Source: Squalus acanthias
Taxonomy: Eukaryota
Direction: 5' to 3'
DNA length: 64,000 nucleotides
NCBI GenBank assembly: GCA_030390025.1
Contig: CM059438.1
Location: forward strand, 69,256,001-69,320,000
Shown: positions 12,801 through 24,855 of the stretch, in pieces
Position numbering within the stretch: position 1 is the first letter of the stretch
How the letters are laid out: every line of letters starts with the position of its first letter
Notes under the pieces: generated by a model
Databases searched by the model: none
Told to the model about the DNA's origin: nothing
The model's input: the letters and a program-made list of their open reading frames with translations, nothing else
Program-made: the position numbers and the translations under genes

Positions 12801-15591
12801 TCATATTATGATCGCTGCTACCTAGGGGCGCCTTCACTATGAGATCATTAATTAATCCTATTTCATTGCACAATACCAGGTCTAGAATAGCCTGCTCTCT
12901 GGTGGGCTCCAGAACGTGCTGTTGTAAGAAACTATCCCGAAAACATTCCATGAACTCCTCATCTATGCTACCTTTGCCCATCTGATTTTTCCAGTCTATA
13001 TGCAGATTAAAATCTATGTCATCCTGCAGCCATGTTTCTGTAATGGCTATCAGATCATATTTATTTATTTCTATTTGCACTGTCAGTTCATCTGTTTTGT
13101 TTCGAATGCTACGTGCATTCAGATGCAGAGCCTTTAGTTTTATCCTTTTATTATTTTTGTAACCTCTAGCCTTATCTGTTGATTTACTTTTAGATTTGTA
13201 CTCTCTATCCCATCCTGTCACGGTCTGTTTATCATTTCCCATATTAATACCTTTCTCTATTGCCTTGTCTCCAATCTTTGAATTACCACATTATCCCAAA
13301 TTTGATCCCATGCCCCCAGTATTTAGTTTAAAGCCCTCTCTACCACCCTAGTTATACGACTCGCCAGAACACTGGTCCCAGCACGGTTCAGGTGAAGACC
13401 ATCCCAACGATACAGATCCCACTTTCCCCAGTACTGGTGCCAGTGCCCCAGGAATTGAAACCCATTTCTCCCACACCAGTCTTTGAGCCACGCATTCATC
13501 TCTCTAACATTATAGAGCACACCATCGGAGTCCTCAAGCAATGCTTCCACTGCCTGGAGGAGCCCTGCAGTACTCAGTTGAGCGGGTATCAAGATTTGTG
13601 GTAGTATGCTGCATGCTGCACAGCCTCGCCATTAGGAGGGAACAGCCCATGCCACCACCTATCAGGGGAGAAGCTGAGGATCAGGAGCAGGAGGAGGAGG
13701 AGGTGTAACAGGAAGTGGAAGAACACAAAGAGGCAGGGAGGCTACAACGTAGACAGCCCCTTTCTGCCTGTGCTCTACGTGATCAAATAATTCATGAGCG
13801 ATACCAGTAACCTCAGCCACACCTCCCCATTCACCAACAGTCCCATACTCCTTACCTTTCCTCTATCACTGACCATCGCATCATCCTCTTTCCGACAACA
13901 CAAAAATAAAAACCACCAGAAAATGCACATTGTCATCCAATTTTATAAATTAAATCATTACATAATGCATACAAAAATAAACTAATCACCCTTGTGCATT
14001 CTCTTAGTGCCTGTCTCCCATGTGCCTATCCTAGTGCTCCTACAAGGTGCTTCGCCAGTGTCTGCAGCATTGCTGGTGGGAGGCTGCTGACCTTCAATTG
14101 AGGAGAATGCAGATGGCCTTGGAGGATGACCTCGAGCAGTTCTGGGCCTAGAGGGCCCAGTTTCAGACTGCACCATCTTGGTCTGGGCTGCAGCAGTCTG
14201 GGCTGGCTGACTGACAGGCAACAGCAAGGGCACTGGCGGAGTGGCAGTGGTGGGAGCAGGAATGCTGTCCTCCTGAGGGAGGACAGCAGATTCGTGCTCC
14301 ATGGAACCATTGCCACTCTCCAAGGGGGTGCCTCAGCAAACCTAGTAATCTGTTGGAGAACAGATTGTTGGACTGCTGTGATGCTCTGGAAGCCCCTTTG
14401 AACAGGGGTATCGAGAGACACGCTGGCTGTAGTCTAATCTTGCACTACAGCACTCAGACCTTTGACGGAAGCTTTTTGTGCTGCAATGGAAGCTGTTTTG
14501 GCTACAATACAAGCTGTAACATCATCCATCAGCTGCTGCACCATGTTGGGTTCCACAGGTGTGTTGATGGAGGTGACCACCCATTCCATGTTGAAAAGGA
14601 TGGGCTCCAAGCTCTGGGCAAAGCCCTGTGCCAAGTTGGTGCTGGACTACTCTGTGCTCCTTGATATTGTACGCAGGCTTTCTGGTCGGCTTTCCAGTGC
14701 ATCAAGTATTTGGTTATGTACACCCATCAGTCTTCTCCTGTAGCCTGGTCCATCAAAGTCCTCATCTGACTCCTCTGCAGCAGAACTAGTGTGTGGCCTC
14801 ACCCTACAGCAAGCTGGCATCTGTCCTATCCTTTCCCCCCGCCCTGGTTCCTGCGCACTTGTGCCTGATCTCTCACCACGTGTAGATCCCTCCTCAAGCC
14901 TAGCCTGTAAAATACGCACCGTGTCAGTCTCTGAGCTGCTGGCTGCGAGTGTAAAATTGAGTGGCAGTGTCTCTTCACCTTCACTGTCTTCCTCCTGTTC
15001 CTCCTCTGACTGGGAAGGTTCCAGTTCTTGGGTATCTCAAATAAAAAAGGGACAAGGGTTGGGTTGTGGTGAGGGGAGAGGAGAAAGTAAGAAGTGTGTG
15101 CTTACACCATCTGCAGCTTGTGAGTCACAGGAGATTGTGGGATGAGGGAGAAGTGGGAAGAGAGAAGGAGGATTAGGTCTGCGGATACCCTCATCATCGA
15201 TCCCTCCAGCTCCGCTAGTGGCCACGGCCTCAGCGATGCCCTTTCCCATGATGGCCAGCACTGTCTCCTCCTTGGGGGTTAAAACATGCAGGCGCACTTT
15301 TCCTCCTCCACTTCTTTCCTGCTGCCTCCTGTTATGCCGCACCTTCTCCTGCAAGAAACAGGGAAATGTTTGGCGTTTTGCTGATATGGATGTTATGATT
15401 GAACAGACGCCAGTATGTGCATATTTTGAGTTGTGGGTCATGAGGCTTGCAACTGTGCGTGAGGGTGAGGTAAAGCATATGAATTGAAGGGTTGAGTACT
15501 GATTGATGGAAATTGTTGGTAGGTGGGTGATGAGGGTGTGGTGAATCGAGCAGTTGGATTAGGCTAGTGGTGCAGTTGGTAGTAAGTGCCA
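9862..15591. mobile_element. Decayed PIF/Harbinger element: transposase remnants on +, spliced Myb/SANT partner remnants on -, split by a CR1
   Basis: WLLGDKGY...HATTRN at ~10430-10545 continues as NIIEHTIGVLKQCFHCL at ~13506, then an acidic tract. The minus strand at 13982-15350 (EKVRHNRRQQERSGGG...; ESAVLPQEDSIPAP) is homologous to the Myb gene at 47397-49153. Outer boundaries are approximate. Confidence 0.8.
10541..13505 (-). mobile_element. CR1 LINE subfamily A (ORF1 esterase C-terminus plus internally deleted ORF2)
   Basis: DGLHLNRAG (SGNH esterase), LNARSIRNK and ITETWL (APE endonuclease), [28 protein letters not shown]-type tail at 10541. Confidence 0.95.
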
Positions 15592-16189
15592 AATCTCGGT
15601 GTTTTCAATTATCAGTGTCTGCAAAGTTTGCCTGCAGGAAGACCCTAACCTTAAGAACTTGTGTCAATTTAGGAAAAGAGACTGGATTAAGTTACCTGTC
15701 TGATTTGCGGCATGCAATGGAGATTTGTGGTGTTTAACATCAAGATAGTGATGACCAAAACACAGCTTTACAAATAATTAGAATAATTCTCTCTCAATGG
15801 TCCATAGTGCAAATATATTCTTGAGCCTTGTTTCAACTGAATGTTTATGCTACACAGCTTGCATTCTGATATCTTTTAGTTAGTTTTCCATTCACATAAA
15901 TTGTGGTGGGAGTGTTGTGACATCATGAAAACCCACACAGGTGCGTCAAGGCACAATTTCTTGGCTACAATCACTAGCAAGTCACCTATGAACACTATTT
16001 TCGAAAGAGCTGAAGGGATTCACCATAAAGTTGCTACATATTTAAGTTTTGAAGCCAAGGTTGCTTGTTTGTTTGTCATCTGCCATGATTCCTTTCATCC
16101 CAGCCAAAGATTTGGTACCTGCTCCTGATTAGATCCCCTCTGCAGTTGCTCATTATCTTCAGTCGTAAGAGTGGGACTATGGATCACCC

Positions 16190-16940
16190 ACCTACCTCAG
16201 GGCAGTGTCCACCTCCAACAAGAGTCTAAAACCCTTCTCTTGACATTCAATGGCATTACCATAATTGAATCCCCCCATCAACAACATCCATTAACCAGAA
16301 ACTCAACTGGACCAGCCACATAAATACTGTGGCTACAAGAACAGGTCAGAGGCTGGGTATTCTGTCTCACCTCCTGACTCCCCAAAGACTTTCTACCATC
16401 TACAAGGCACAAGTCAGGAGTGTGATAGAATACTCTCCACTTGCCTGGATGAGTGCAGCTCCAACAACACTCAAGAAGCTTGATACCATCCAGGACAAAG
16501 CAGTTCACTTGATTGGAATCCCATCCACCACCTTAATCTTTCACTCACTCCACCACCGGCGCACCGTGGCTGCAGTGTGTACCATCTACAAGATGCACTG
16601 CAGCAACTCGCCAAGGCTTCTTCAACAGCACCTCCCAAACCCACAACCTCTACTATCTAGAAGGGCAAGGGCAGCAGGCATATGGGAACACCACCACCTC
16701 CAAGTTCCCCTCCAAGTCACACACCATCCTGACTTAGAAGTATATCGCCGATCCTTCATCGCCGCTGGGTCAAAATCCTGGAACTCCCTCTCTAATAGTA
16801 CTGTGGGAGTACCATCACCACACGGACTGCAGTTGTTCAAGAAGACTGGCTCACCACCACCTTCTCAAGGGCAACTAGGGATGGACAATAAATGCTGGCC
16901 TTGCCAGCGACACCCGTATCTTGTGAATGAGTAAATAAAA
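16190..16940 (+). mobile_element. LINE 3' fragment (CR1-group, Zenon-like)
   Basis: IYKAQVRSVIEYSPLAW...LDTIQDKA; same family as 52130-52758. Clade assignment is tentative. Confidence 0.75.
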
Positions 16941-18189
16941 TATTTTTTTAAATCATTGCTGATGGCCTGCTCTGCAATCAGCCGGCAGGTGGAACTGCTG
17001 TGATGAAGCTTTTTAACTTTTCTTGCCCTTGCTATTTCTGTTAAGTAGTTAATCAAGTAGCCTGGCAGCTGCTCAAACTTGCCTGCTAAGGGAAACATAA
17101 GTGAAATGAATCAGAAGCAGGATTTGTACTTGAGTCTAAATTATTCAAGTCTAGTGTCATGTTAGTTAGCACTGCCCCCATTGCAATCAGCTTAAATTTG
17201 TTCTAAACTGCAATTATAAATGCTCACTTCATTTACCTACCCAGCATGTCATAATTTCTTTAAACAGGTTATACTTTTCAAAAGCACAGTGGGAGGGGAG
17301 GGGAGGGGAGGGGAGGGAGGGGGAACATCTGTTGGCCCATGATATGGGGGAGTGACAAACGACACTAAAAATAGGCAACATCCACATTTTGAACTAAAAC
17401 CAATATCAACACAGTGGAGGAGCTGATTTCTTTTGCCCATATCATAAATGTAAAAGCTTCATCGGTCCACTGGAGAGTAAATTCCAGGAGTTTTTATATG
17501 TGAAATCCAATGAGCTTTTCATGCACTCGGGGCCACAAAACTATGATTTAAGGTTTAATTTCCACAGAAAAAGTAATGGGCGAACTCCAAGAACTGGCAT
17601 TGGAAATTAAGCTTCCTTGCTGAGGAATTCAGGTGGAGTTGTCACAAGAGCAGGATCAACGATCAGAATCAAGGGGCTCCTGACATGTCAGCTCGAGCAA
17701 ATATGACTGGTCATTAGCGTAGATGACAAGGAAGGGAAACTGAAGTTAGAATCAAAACCGCAAAGTGAAATATTTAGATACTGCAGCGCGAACTTGTGAG
17801 GATTAGCCCAATAAATAACTTGCGCATGGTGCTTGCTTTGAACATGATAACACCGCCTAAGCTGTCAGATAGAAGTATGGGATAGGCTGGAAGCAGTGTG
17901 CCACTTGTGGAGTAACAGAGCATGGTGTGTTTAAGTTGTTTTTCTATTGGTCTTTTAAGTCAGATTCTGCATCTGTGGTGTTAAATCCGGTTCCGTAGAC
18001 CTGCAGTAGACTTGTAAGTCTGTATCTACAAGTCTGTCACTGAAAAGCGGATTTAGCACCACAAATGCCAGGAGCCAGGAGCACTGGACTCCTAGAATAC
18101 GACTTCAAAAAAGATCAACATTAAAGGCCATGTAGGAAATTTCCTAGAATGAATGGGTTGATCACCAAAATCACTGACTGTATTTGAAG

Positions 18190-18400
18190 AGACCAAATGG
18201 TCAAGCTAGAACACTGCTGCCTAAAGCTGATAAAACGTCTTAATTTGAGTGAAAACTGCAAGCCGATATCTTTCGTCAACCTAGGTTTTACAATTTTGGC
18301 TAACGTATTGATCAAAAAGCTGGAGAAAGTCTTCAGGAAAATTATTTGGGAAGACCAGGTTGGCTTCATTAAGTTTTGAAAGTCAGTAGACAACATGAGG
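18190..18400 (+). mobile_element. Decayed L1/Tx1-type RT fragment
   Basis: NCKPISFVNLGFTILANVLIKKLEKVFRKIIWEDQVGFIK resembles the L1/Tx1 NYRPISLLN...DQTGFI block. Confidence 0.65.
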
Positions 18401-18683
18401 TGACAGCATAAGGAGTGGGCTGGGCTTGTTATCAATACAGTTACTAAAAAAGGATTTGCTACATGTGGAGAGGAGGAAAATATGTTTCAAACATTGCACT
18501 CCAATACCTAAACCTTCTGAGTTGGCCAACATCGTGAAGAATTAGCTTGTATATATAACAAGTACACCGAAATTGAAGAGGGATGTGAATCATGATAAAT
18601 TTGGAGGGTATCAAACAGATGGAGAGATAAATATCATTCCCAAACTAGGGATGCATAGCATCTTAAAAATAATTTAAAAAAAA

Positions 18684-18872
18684 AGACTTGCATTTATATA
18701 GCGCCTTTCACGACCACAGGACGTCCCAAAGCGCTTTACAACCAATGAAGTACTTTTGAAGTGTAGTCACTGTTGTAATTTAGGAAACGAGGCAGCCAAT
18801 TTGTGCACAGCAAGATCCCACAAACAGCAACGTGATAATGGCCAGTTTCAGTAATGTTGATTGAGGGATAAA
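18684..18872 (-). mobile_element. DeuSINE 3' fragment
   Basis: Matches the 3' half of 39826-40290, including the GCGCTATATAAATGCAAG tail. Confidence 0.8.
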
Positions 18873-19282
18873 AATGTGAACCCGAAGTTAAATTTTATAC
18901 AATGACAGTTCTTTACAAAGCTTCAAATATTTTAGGTGCAACTATCTGAAGTAAGGCAAAAAGGTAACGCAAGAACTGCAATCAGTTTTGGGGTAATGGT
19001 TTTACCGAAATTGATCTTTCATTACTTCAGATTCCTGAAGAACATAGGAAAGCATTGTGCAGGGAACAGATCCCTTAGTTGCTATGGTGTAGAGCAGAGA
19101 AGAGGCAAACACAGGCAGTGAGGCTCCAGATGGTTCTTTCGCCACTCCCCACACTTATTCCCACCACCCCCCGTCCCCTTTAAATTTACTGGGAACATGA
19201 AAGACTACCCAGTAGTTCATCAAAACTGGAGAAATGTACAGTGAATAGTTGGGATCCTACAGCCAAACATAGGAAACAATGA

Positions 19283-19735
19283 AAATAGGAACAGGAGTAG
19301 GCCATTCAGCCACTCAAACCATTCAATTAGATCATGGTTGATCTGTATCTTAACTCCATTTGCCCACCTTGGTTCCGTAACCCTTAATACCCTTGCCTAA
19401 CAAAAATCTATCAATCTCAGTTTTGAAATGTTCAGTTGACCCAGCCTCAACAGCTTTTTTGGGGGGGTGGGGGGGAGAGTTGCCAGATTTACACTACCCT
19501 TTGTGTGAAGACATCACCCCTGAACAGCCTCGCACTAATTTTAAGGTTATGCCCCCTTGTTCTGGACTCCTCCACCAGAGAAAATAGTTTCTCTCGATCT
19601 ACCCTATCAAATCCTTTAATCATCTTAAACACCTCAATTAGATCACCCCTTAATCTTCTGCTCTCAAGGGGATACAAGCCTAGTTTATGCAAACTGGCCT
19701 CCTAATTTAACCCTTTTAGCACCGGTATCATTCTG
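19283..19735 (-). mobile_element. CR1 3' end
   Basis: LGLYPLESRRLRGDLIEVFK...RGHNLK plus 3'UTR. Confidence 0.85.
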
Positions 19736-20372
19736 ACTTCAATGGAAAGAAAAATTGGGCAAGGAGAACAAAGGGGGCTGAGCTGACATCGCCCGTTTTA
19801 CACTATCACCAAAAGTTAAAAATGCCCTCAGTGATTTGTTTCACCCCTTTACTTAGATAGCAGGACAGTACTTCATTGGACACAGTAACAACAATAAATA
19901 GGAAATCCTTTTATGATGAATGATTGTATCTTTTTACATCCCAAGCAGAGGTTTGAACCAACAGCAACCATTTTACAATTTCTTGCAATTAACACGAGTG
20001 TTTGGTGATAAAATGAAACTGTTGCATTCAAGAGAAACCATAGAACTACTTTGGGCAACTTGTAGCCCTGCCCCCCCTCTACCCCCACAAAAAGTGTTAA
20101 AAATGTCAAATTTATCAACTCTGAACTTGACTTTCCTCAAAAGCAGGGGAAAAATATACAACTGGTGTAAACTGGAAGGGATAGAGCAGAAGCATGGGTG
20201 TATCTTTCCTCCTGAACTTTAAACAGTTTCCCCTGAGTTAATCTTTGCTCAGACCTCTTCTCTTACAAATGTACTTCAAATCTCAGCTTTGCAAAATTGC
20301 TTCCACTTTATTTTAAATATTTTTATATTTTGCTGAGAGGAGGATTGTGACTGAGCTAATGCTATTAAAAAC

Positions 20373-22082
20373 TGTTGACAGAGTGGTGCCGTAAGGTCAA
20401 GGATAAGTTTCTAAAATAAGTGGTCATCAATGGATGTGTAGAATTCGCAATATAATCGCGATTTTATAAATAAGGAGAAAACACATAGTTTCGTTCAAAC
20501 AGCTTTATTTCAGCAGAATGCTGTCAGGTTTTCAAAGTGGACACAAGCAGCCTGTAAAATGGCCGCCATGCCTCGTGGCAGAACATTCTAGACTTTTCGA
20601 TAAGCAGACAAGATGGCGTTCCAATAAACATTTGTGTGAGATCGTACAAGACTCAGCACATTTGAGATAAATCACAAGACATAATGGGTTTGCATTTTAC
20701 ACATAAATACTGGAATCGGTCTCCCAGGTGCGAATAAGGGCTATTGTACCAAGCGATCAAGAACCCATCCAAAGACATTAATATGCAAAATCCCCACGAC
20801 TCTACGATGAGAGAGCCGTTTGCGGGTAGTTACAGAAACATTTGGAAGCCCCAAGTCCAGGGAGAATACTGACCGGTTACACAATGGGAGAAGTATTAAC
20901 GGGTACTCAGGCAGTTACGAGTATTACCGAAACCCATTAAACGGAGATCACCCTATACAAGAAATTTGAGCGCCAAAACCCTAACAAAAGAAAAGACATT
21001 AAGATTGGGCGGGAAAAGAGGAATCACAGCACTATAACTGTAAAGGTACAACCGTCCATCTCTCTCTTGACTCTTGCCGCTTGACTCTTTCTTCGCCTGC
21101 GACTCTGACTCTTGCATCTGCCTCTTGCTGCTCGACTTGCTAGAAGACTATCGAACTTTCTGATCCGCCAGGATCAGCCTCGTGGCTTGCCGCGAAGATC
21201 TGTGTGGAACCGGGCTGTGAAGCCTTGAAATGGGCACACCATCCCGAGAAGTCGGTAAACGGTGTTGGAACCGAAGGCCCGAGATGAGATGAGATGAGAT
21301 GAGATGAGATGAGAAGAGAAGAAGACGACAATACATATCGCCACGGTCAGTAAGCCCCGACCGCGCTTGATAAATCAGTAACTGCTACCCAACTGGCATC
21401 GGAAGACCATTCTTCGAGTTTTATCGCATCGGGGCGAGGGCACAGGAAGACTATTTTTTGAGTCGTATCGGAACTCCGAGGACAACCCAGATCTTCATGA
21501 CAGCAGACGGTCCAGCCTGCTAGCCGGAGCAGAAACGAGTAAACAAGTGGGGTACAGAGACCCCTGATCAACACGTGGGTGGTCAGGTGCTGCGGTAAAA
21601 ACATCCGAGCAGAGTTTTCGGAATTCTCCGAGTTATCACGAGTGGTGAGCATGAGTCTCGATCCTATAAATCTAGTTTAGAGCAGGTATTGATAGGGGAG
21701 GGTTTAAGTTTTAAGGATAACTGTAATGTGTGCCCCCATTTACGATGTGTCGTTCGTTCCTCGTTTCCCTAAAATCAGTTACATAACTGCGTGTAAGATT
21801 GTACTGTCATTAATCTGTGCTTATGACATGTATTTCGTAATCTTGAATAATATGCAATAAAGATTTTCCATTTCGTACCATTCAACCGGGTCTACCTGAG
21901 TTTTCTCTCCATTATTGCTCTCGCATCTAAGTCCAGTGTCAGAACCGTAAGGGCGAGTGGGTCGAACCACTCACAGGTGTCTAGTGCTCCCAGACTGGCT
22001 GGAGACCAGAACAGGCAACAAGGCCTAACCTCGCACTAGCACCCAGGCTGAGCACAGAGCCACAGGCGGTGTCACACACGCA
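20373..22082 (+). mobile_element. Solo LTR (~1.7 kb; Gypsy or ERV type)
   Basis: TG...CA ends, 4-bp TSD AAAC, AATAAA at ~21856, internal (GAGAT)n, no recognisable coding content. Confidence 0.65.
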
Positions 22083-22128
22083 AAACCCTTACAGATGTGG
22101 TATCTAGGAGAATTGTTAACAAAACTAA

Positions 22129-22930
22129 GGGGGCGATTTTGCCAATGGGGGCGCGTTGGAGGCGGGACTGCTGCTTGTCGGGTCGTTATCCCGCCTCCAT
22201 CAATTTGTGGCCAACCCATGCTATTTTCTCTTGATTGACCTTGTTAAGCCCGCCCAGCGGGCTTAGCAGGCCAATTAAGGGAAAGCCGGTTACAGAGAAC
22301 ATCAGTGTATGATGTTTCATCTGTCAAAGATTTTTGACAGATGAATTGTCATCGTTTGACAGCTCTGTAAAGCTGTCAAACACTGACATTCTCTGCAGTT
22401 TGATGAGTTCTTGAAATAAAGACTCATCAAACCTCTTTCTTTAGCAGAAATTAGATGGTTGATGCGAGACTCTCCACATACCCAACGATTGAAGCCTGCA
22501 GGAAGAAACAAAGGTAAGTAAACTTTTTCTAACACTTTCCACTTACCTCACATACTCACCTCTCCACACTTGCACCCATCACTTACCTTCACAGCGCACT
22601 TTTGCACCCCTCCGACCCCCGCAGACCCACTGCTCGCCTCGCTGACCCTGGCAGGGTTCGCAGCCTTCGGGAAGCCTGCACTTGTGTGGGTAAAATGGGA
22701 ATAATCCTCTTATCTGCCTGTTAACTACCTGTTAACAGGCAGTTAAGTGGCTGTAATCACCTTCCCGCCTCCAAGGAGACGGGACCCGGCGCGGGTCGGC
22801 TACCCGCCTCCTGGCAAGATGGCATGGAGGCAGGTTGGGGGGCGGGATGGGCACCCGCCCCCAGATTCTGCCATTTTCCCAGCAGTCCTGCCTCCATACC
22901 CACCTCCCTAGAGCTGGCAAGATCGCGCCC
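22129..22930. mobile_element. Harbinger-type MITE (same family as 60277-61121, opposite orientation)
   Basis: TIR GGGGGCGATTTTGCC / GGCAAGATCGCGCCC; colinear similarity to the 60 kb copy. Confidence 0.75.
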
Positions 22931-24605
22931 TGGGAAAGAAAAAATGGAAATAGGGTTGGAAGAGCACAGGGCTGATATAAATTGTATGTCTTTGTACGCA
23001 CATCGAATGCACAAAGTAAATCGCTCAAAACCAAAAGCCTCCTAAAAATATGTACCTGCATGCAAACAGATGAAAATACAATATGACAACAAATGTATTA
23101 GGGAACAGGAGTTCGAAGAAGATCCTAAATGACACTGTAAGTCATGAAATATAAGAACATACACAGATATTTAATACATTTTGTATTGTATGCTGTATCA
23201 GTTGAGGATTCTTCTTTGTACAGAGGATGAAATGAAATTAGAGTGGTAGAGATCGCAATGAGCTGAAATTTATTGCAAGTTAGGGTTTCAATTGCATTAG
23301 CCTAGATATTGAAAAACAGCTTTATACGGCTGTAATGTAAAATCTCATTCCATTTGTTATATCAACTGAGTTGCCTGGGCTTTCCTCTCGATATCACAGT
23401 AGCTGCTCAATCGTGTTACTACCTTATAATGTCCTCCTGCCTATCTATTATTCTCCAAGGCCTGACGAATGCATTCTGCAATTAAAAGCATAAGCCATGG
23501 ATATGAAATTCCTTTTCCAATATTTAAACTGAGGCAGTAACTTGTTAAAAATAAACGTTAAATATAATTGTAATGGTTGAGAACCTCCACTAAAATAGCA
23601 AAAACATGAATTTGGCAGTAAGTAGGGTGAAAATATTATTCAGCTTTAGATTCTAAGGTGAAATCTGTTCCAATTGTGTTGAAAATCTCCTGTGCATGGT
23701 ATTAACGGTTGTGATTTTCTGGATTAAAAAAAATATATATATCTGTAAAACTCGCACATCTAGCATATGTCCAACACAATCCAGACATCATACTTCAAAT
23801 TGTTGCATTTTATCACAGAGAAAAACAGTCTTTAAATAAAAATCAGTCATTGATCTGGAGCATGAAATTCACAAACTGTTACAAGTGTTCTTTGAATGAT
23901 CACAACAATTTACAGCTATCTGCAATTGCTTCGGATTTAACACCATTCCCTTAAAGGGGCAGGCAAAGTTGGCAGCTAAACATCACAGCTGAGCTATGGA
24001 CCCATGAGGAATACCATGGAAAATCTGCTGTTAAATTTTAAGTCAGTATTACTTCAGATTTGTTCGGAGCTTTACAGCTGATCGTGTTTGACAGCACCGC
24101 ATGACAAAGTGATTGGGGTATGCCTTTTCCAAATAAACCCATGAGGAAACACTGGCACGTGTCATCAAACAAAAAACAAACAAAAGTGTCCCCTTTTAGA
24201 GAGGCGCAACTAATAAAGAACAATACCATAAATCAAAGTAGAGATGAGGAATAATAAAGGCAAGAAGTCACTTGTGGGAGTGGTGTACAGGCCCCCTAAC
24301 ATTAACCACATGGTAGGATGGAGTATAAAGGAAGAAATAATGGGAGCTTGCCAGAAGGGTATGACAATAATCATGGCGGATTTTAATCTACATATAGACT
24401 GGAAAAATCAGATGGGCAAAGGTAGCATAGCTGAGGAGTTCATGGAATGTTTTCAGGATAGTTTCTTACAACAGCACGTTCTGGAGCCAACCAGAGAGCA
24501 GGCTATACTAGACCTCATGATGTGGAGATGCCGGCGTTGGACTGGGGTGGACAAAAATGAGAAGTCGCACAACACCAGGTTATAGTCCAACAGATTTATT
24601 TAATT

Positions 24606-24644
24606 TTACAAGCTTTCGGAGCAGTTCGCTCCTTCGTCAGGTAA
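24606..24644 (-). ncRNA. Minimal hammerhead ribozyme motif (inverted pLTR copy)
   Basis: Exact reverse complement of the motif at 26793-26831. Confidence 0.7.
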
Positions 24645-24855
24645 GTTTAGCAGTGAGAGAATCTCCCAGAATTCACAATTTAAACACAGACAAAATATAT
24701 TCAAATCTTTCCCACATCAAAGAGCATAGCCAAGACAATGAGATGTGTCCCAGGGGGTCCAACGTGTCAAACCACCTGCTGGCTGCATATCCTGTCAATC
24801 TGTGTAGGTTCTTGTGTTGGCCTTTTTTTAAAAAAAACAACTGGGAAGACCGGCC

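Noticed and set aside
22395..22435. Hammerhead ribozyme suggested by TGATGAG...GAAA
   Set aside because: Lacks the C of CUGANGA and a stem II; it is a simple hairpin, and GAAA is not kept in the second copy.
23101..23136. Micro-exon ending ACT|GTAAGT
   Set aside because: No polypyrimidine tract; the upstream CAG acceptor gives stops in all frames.
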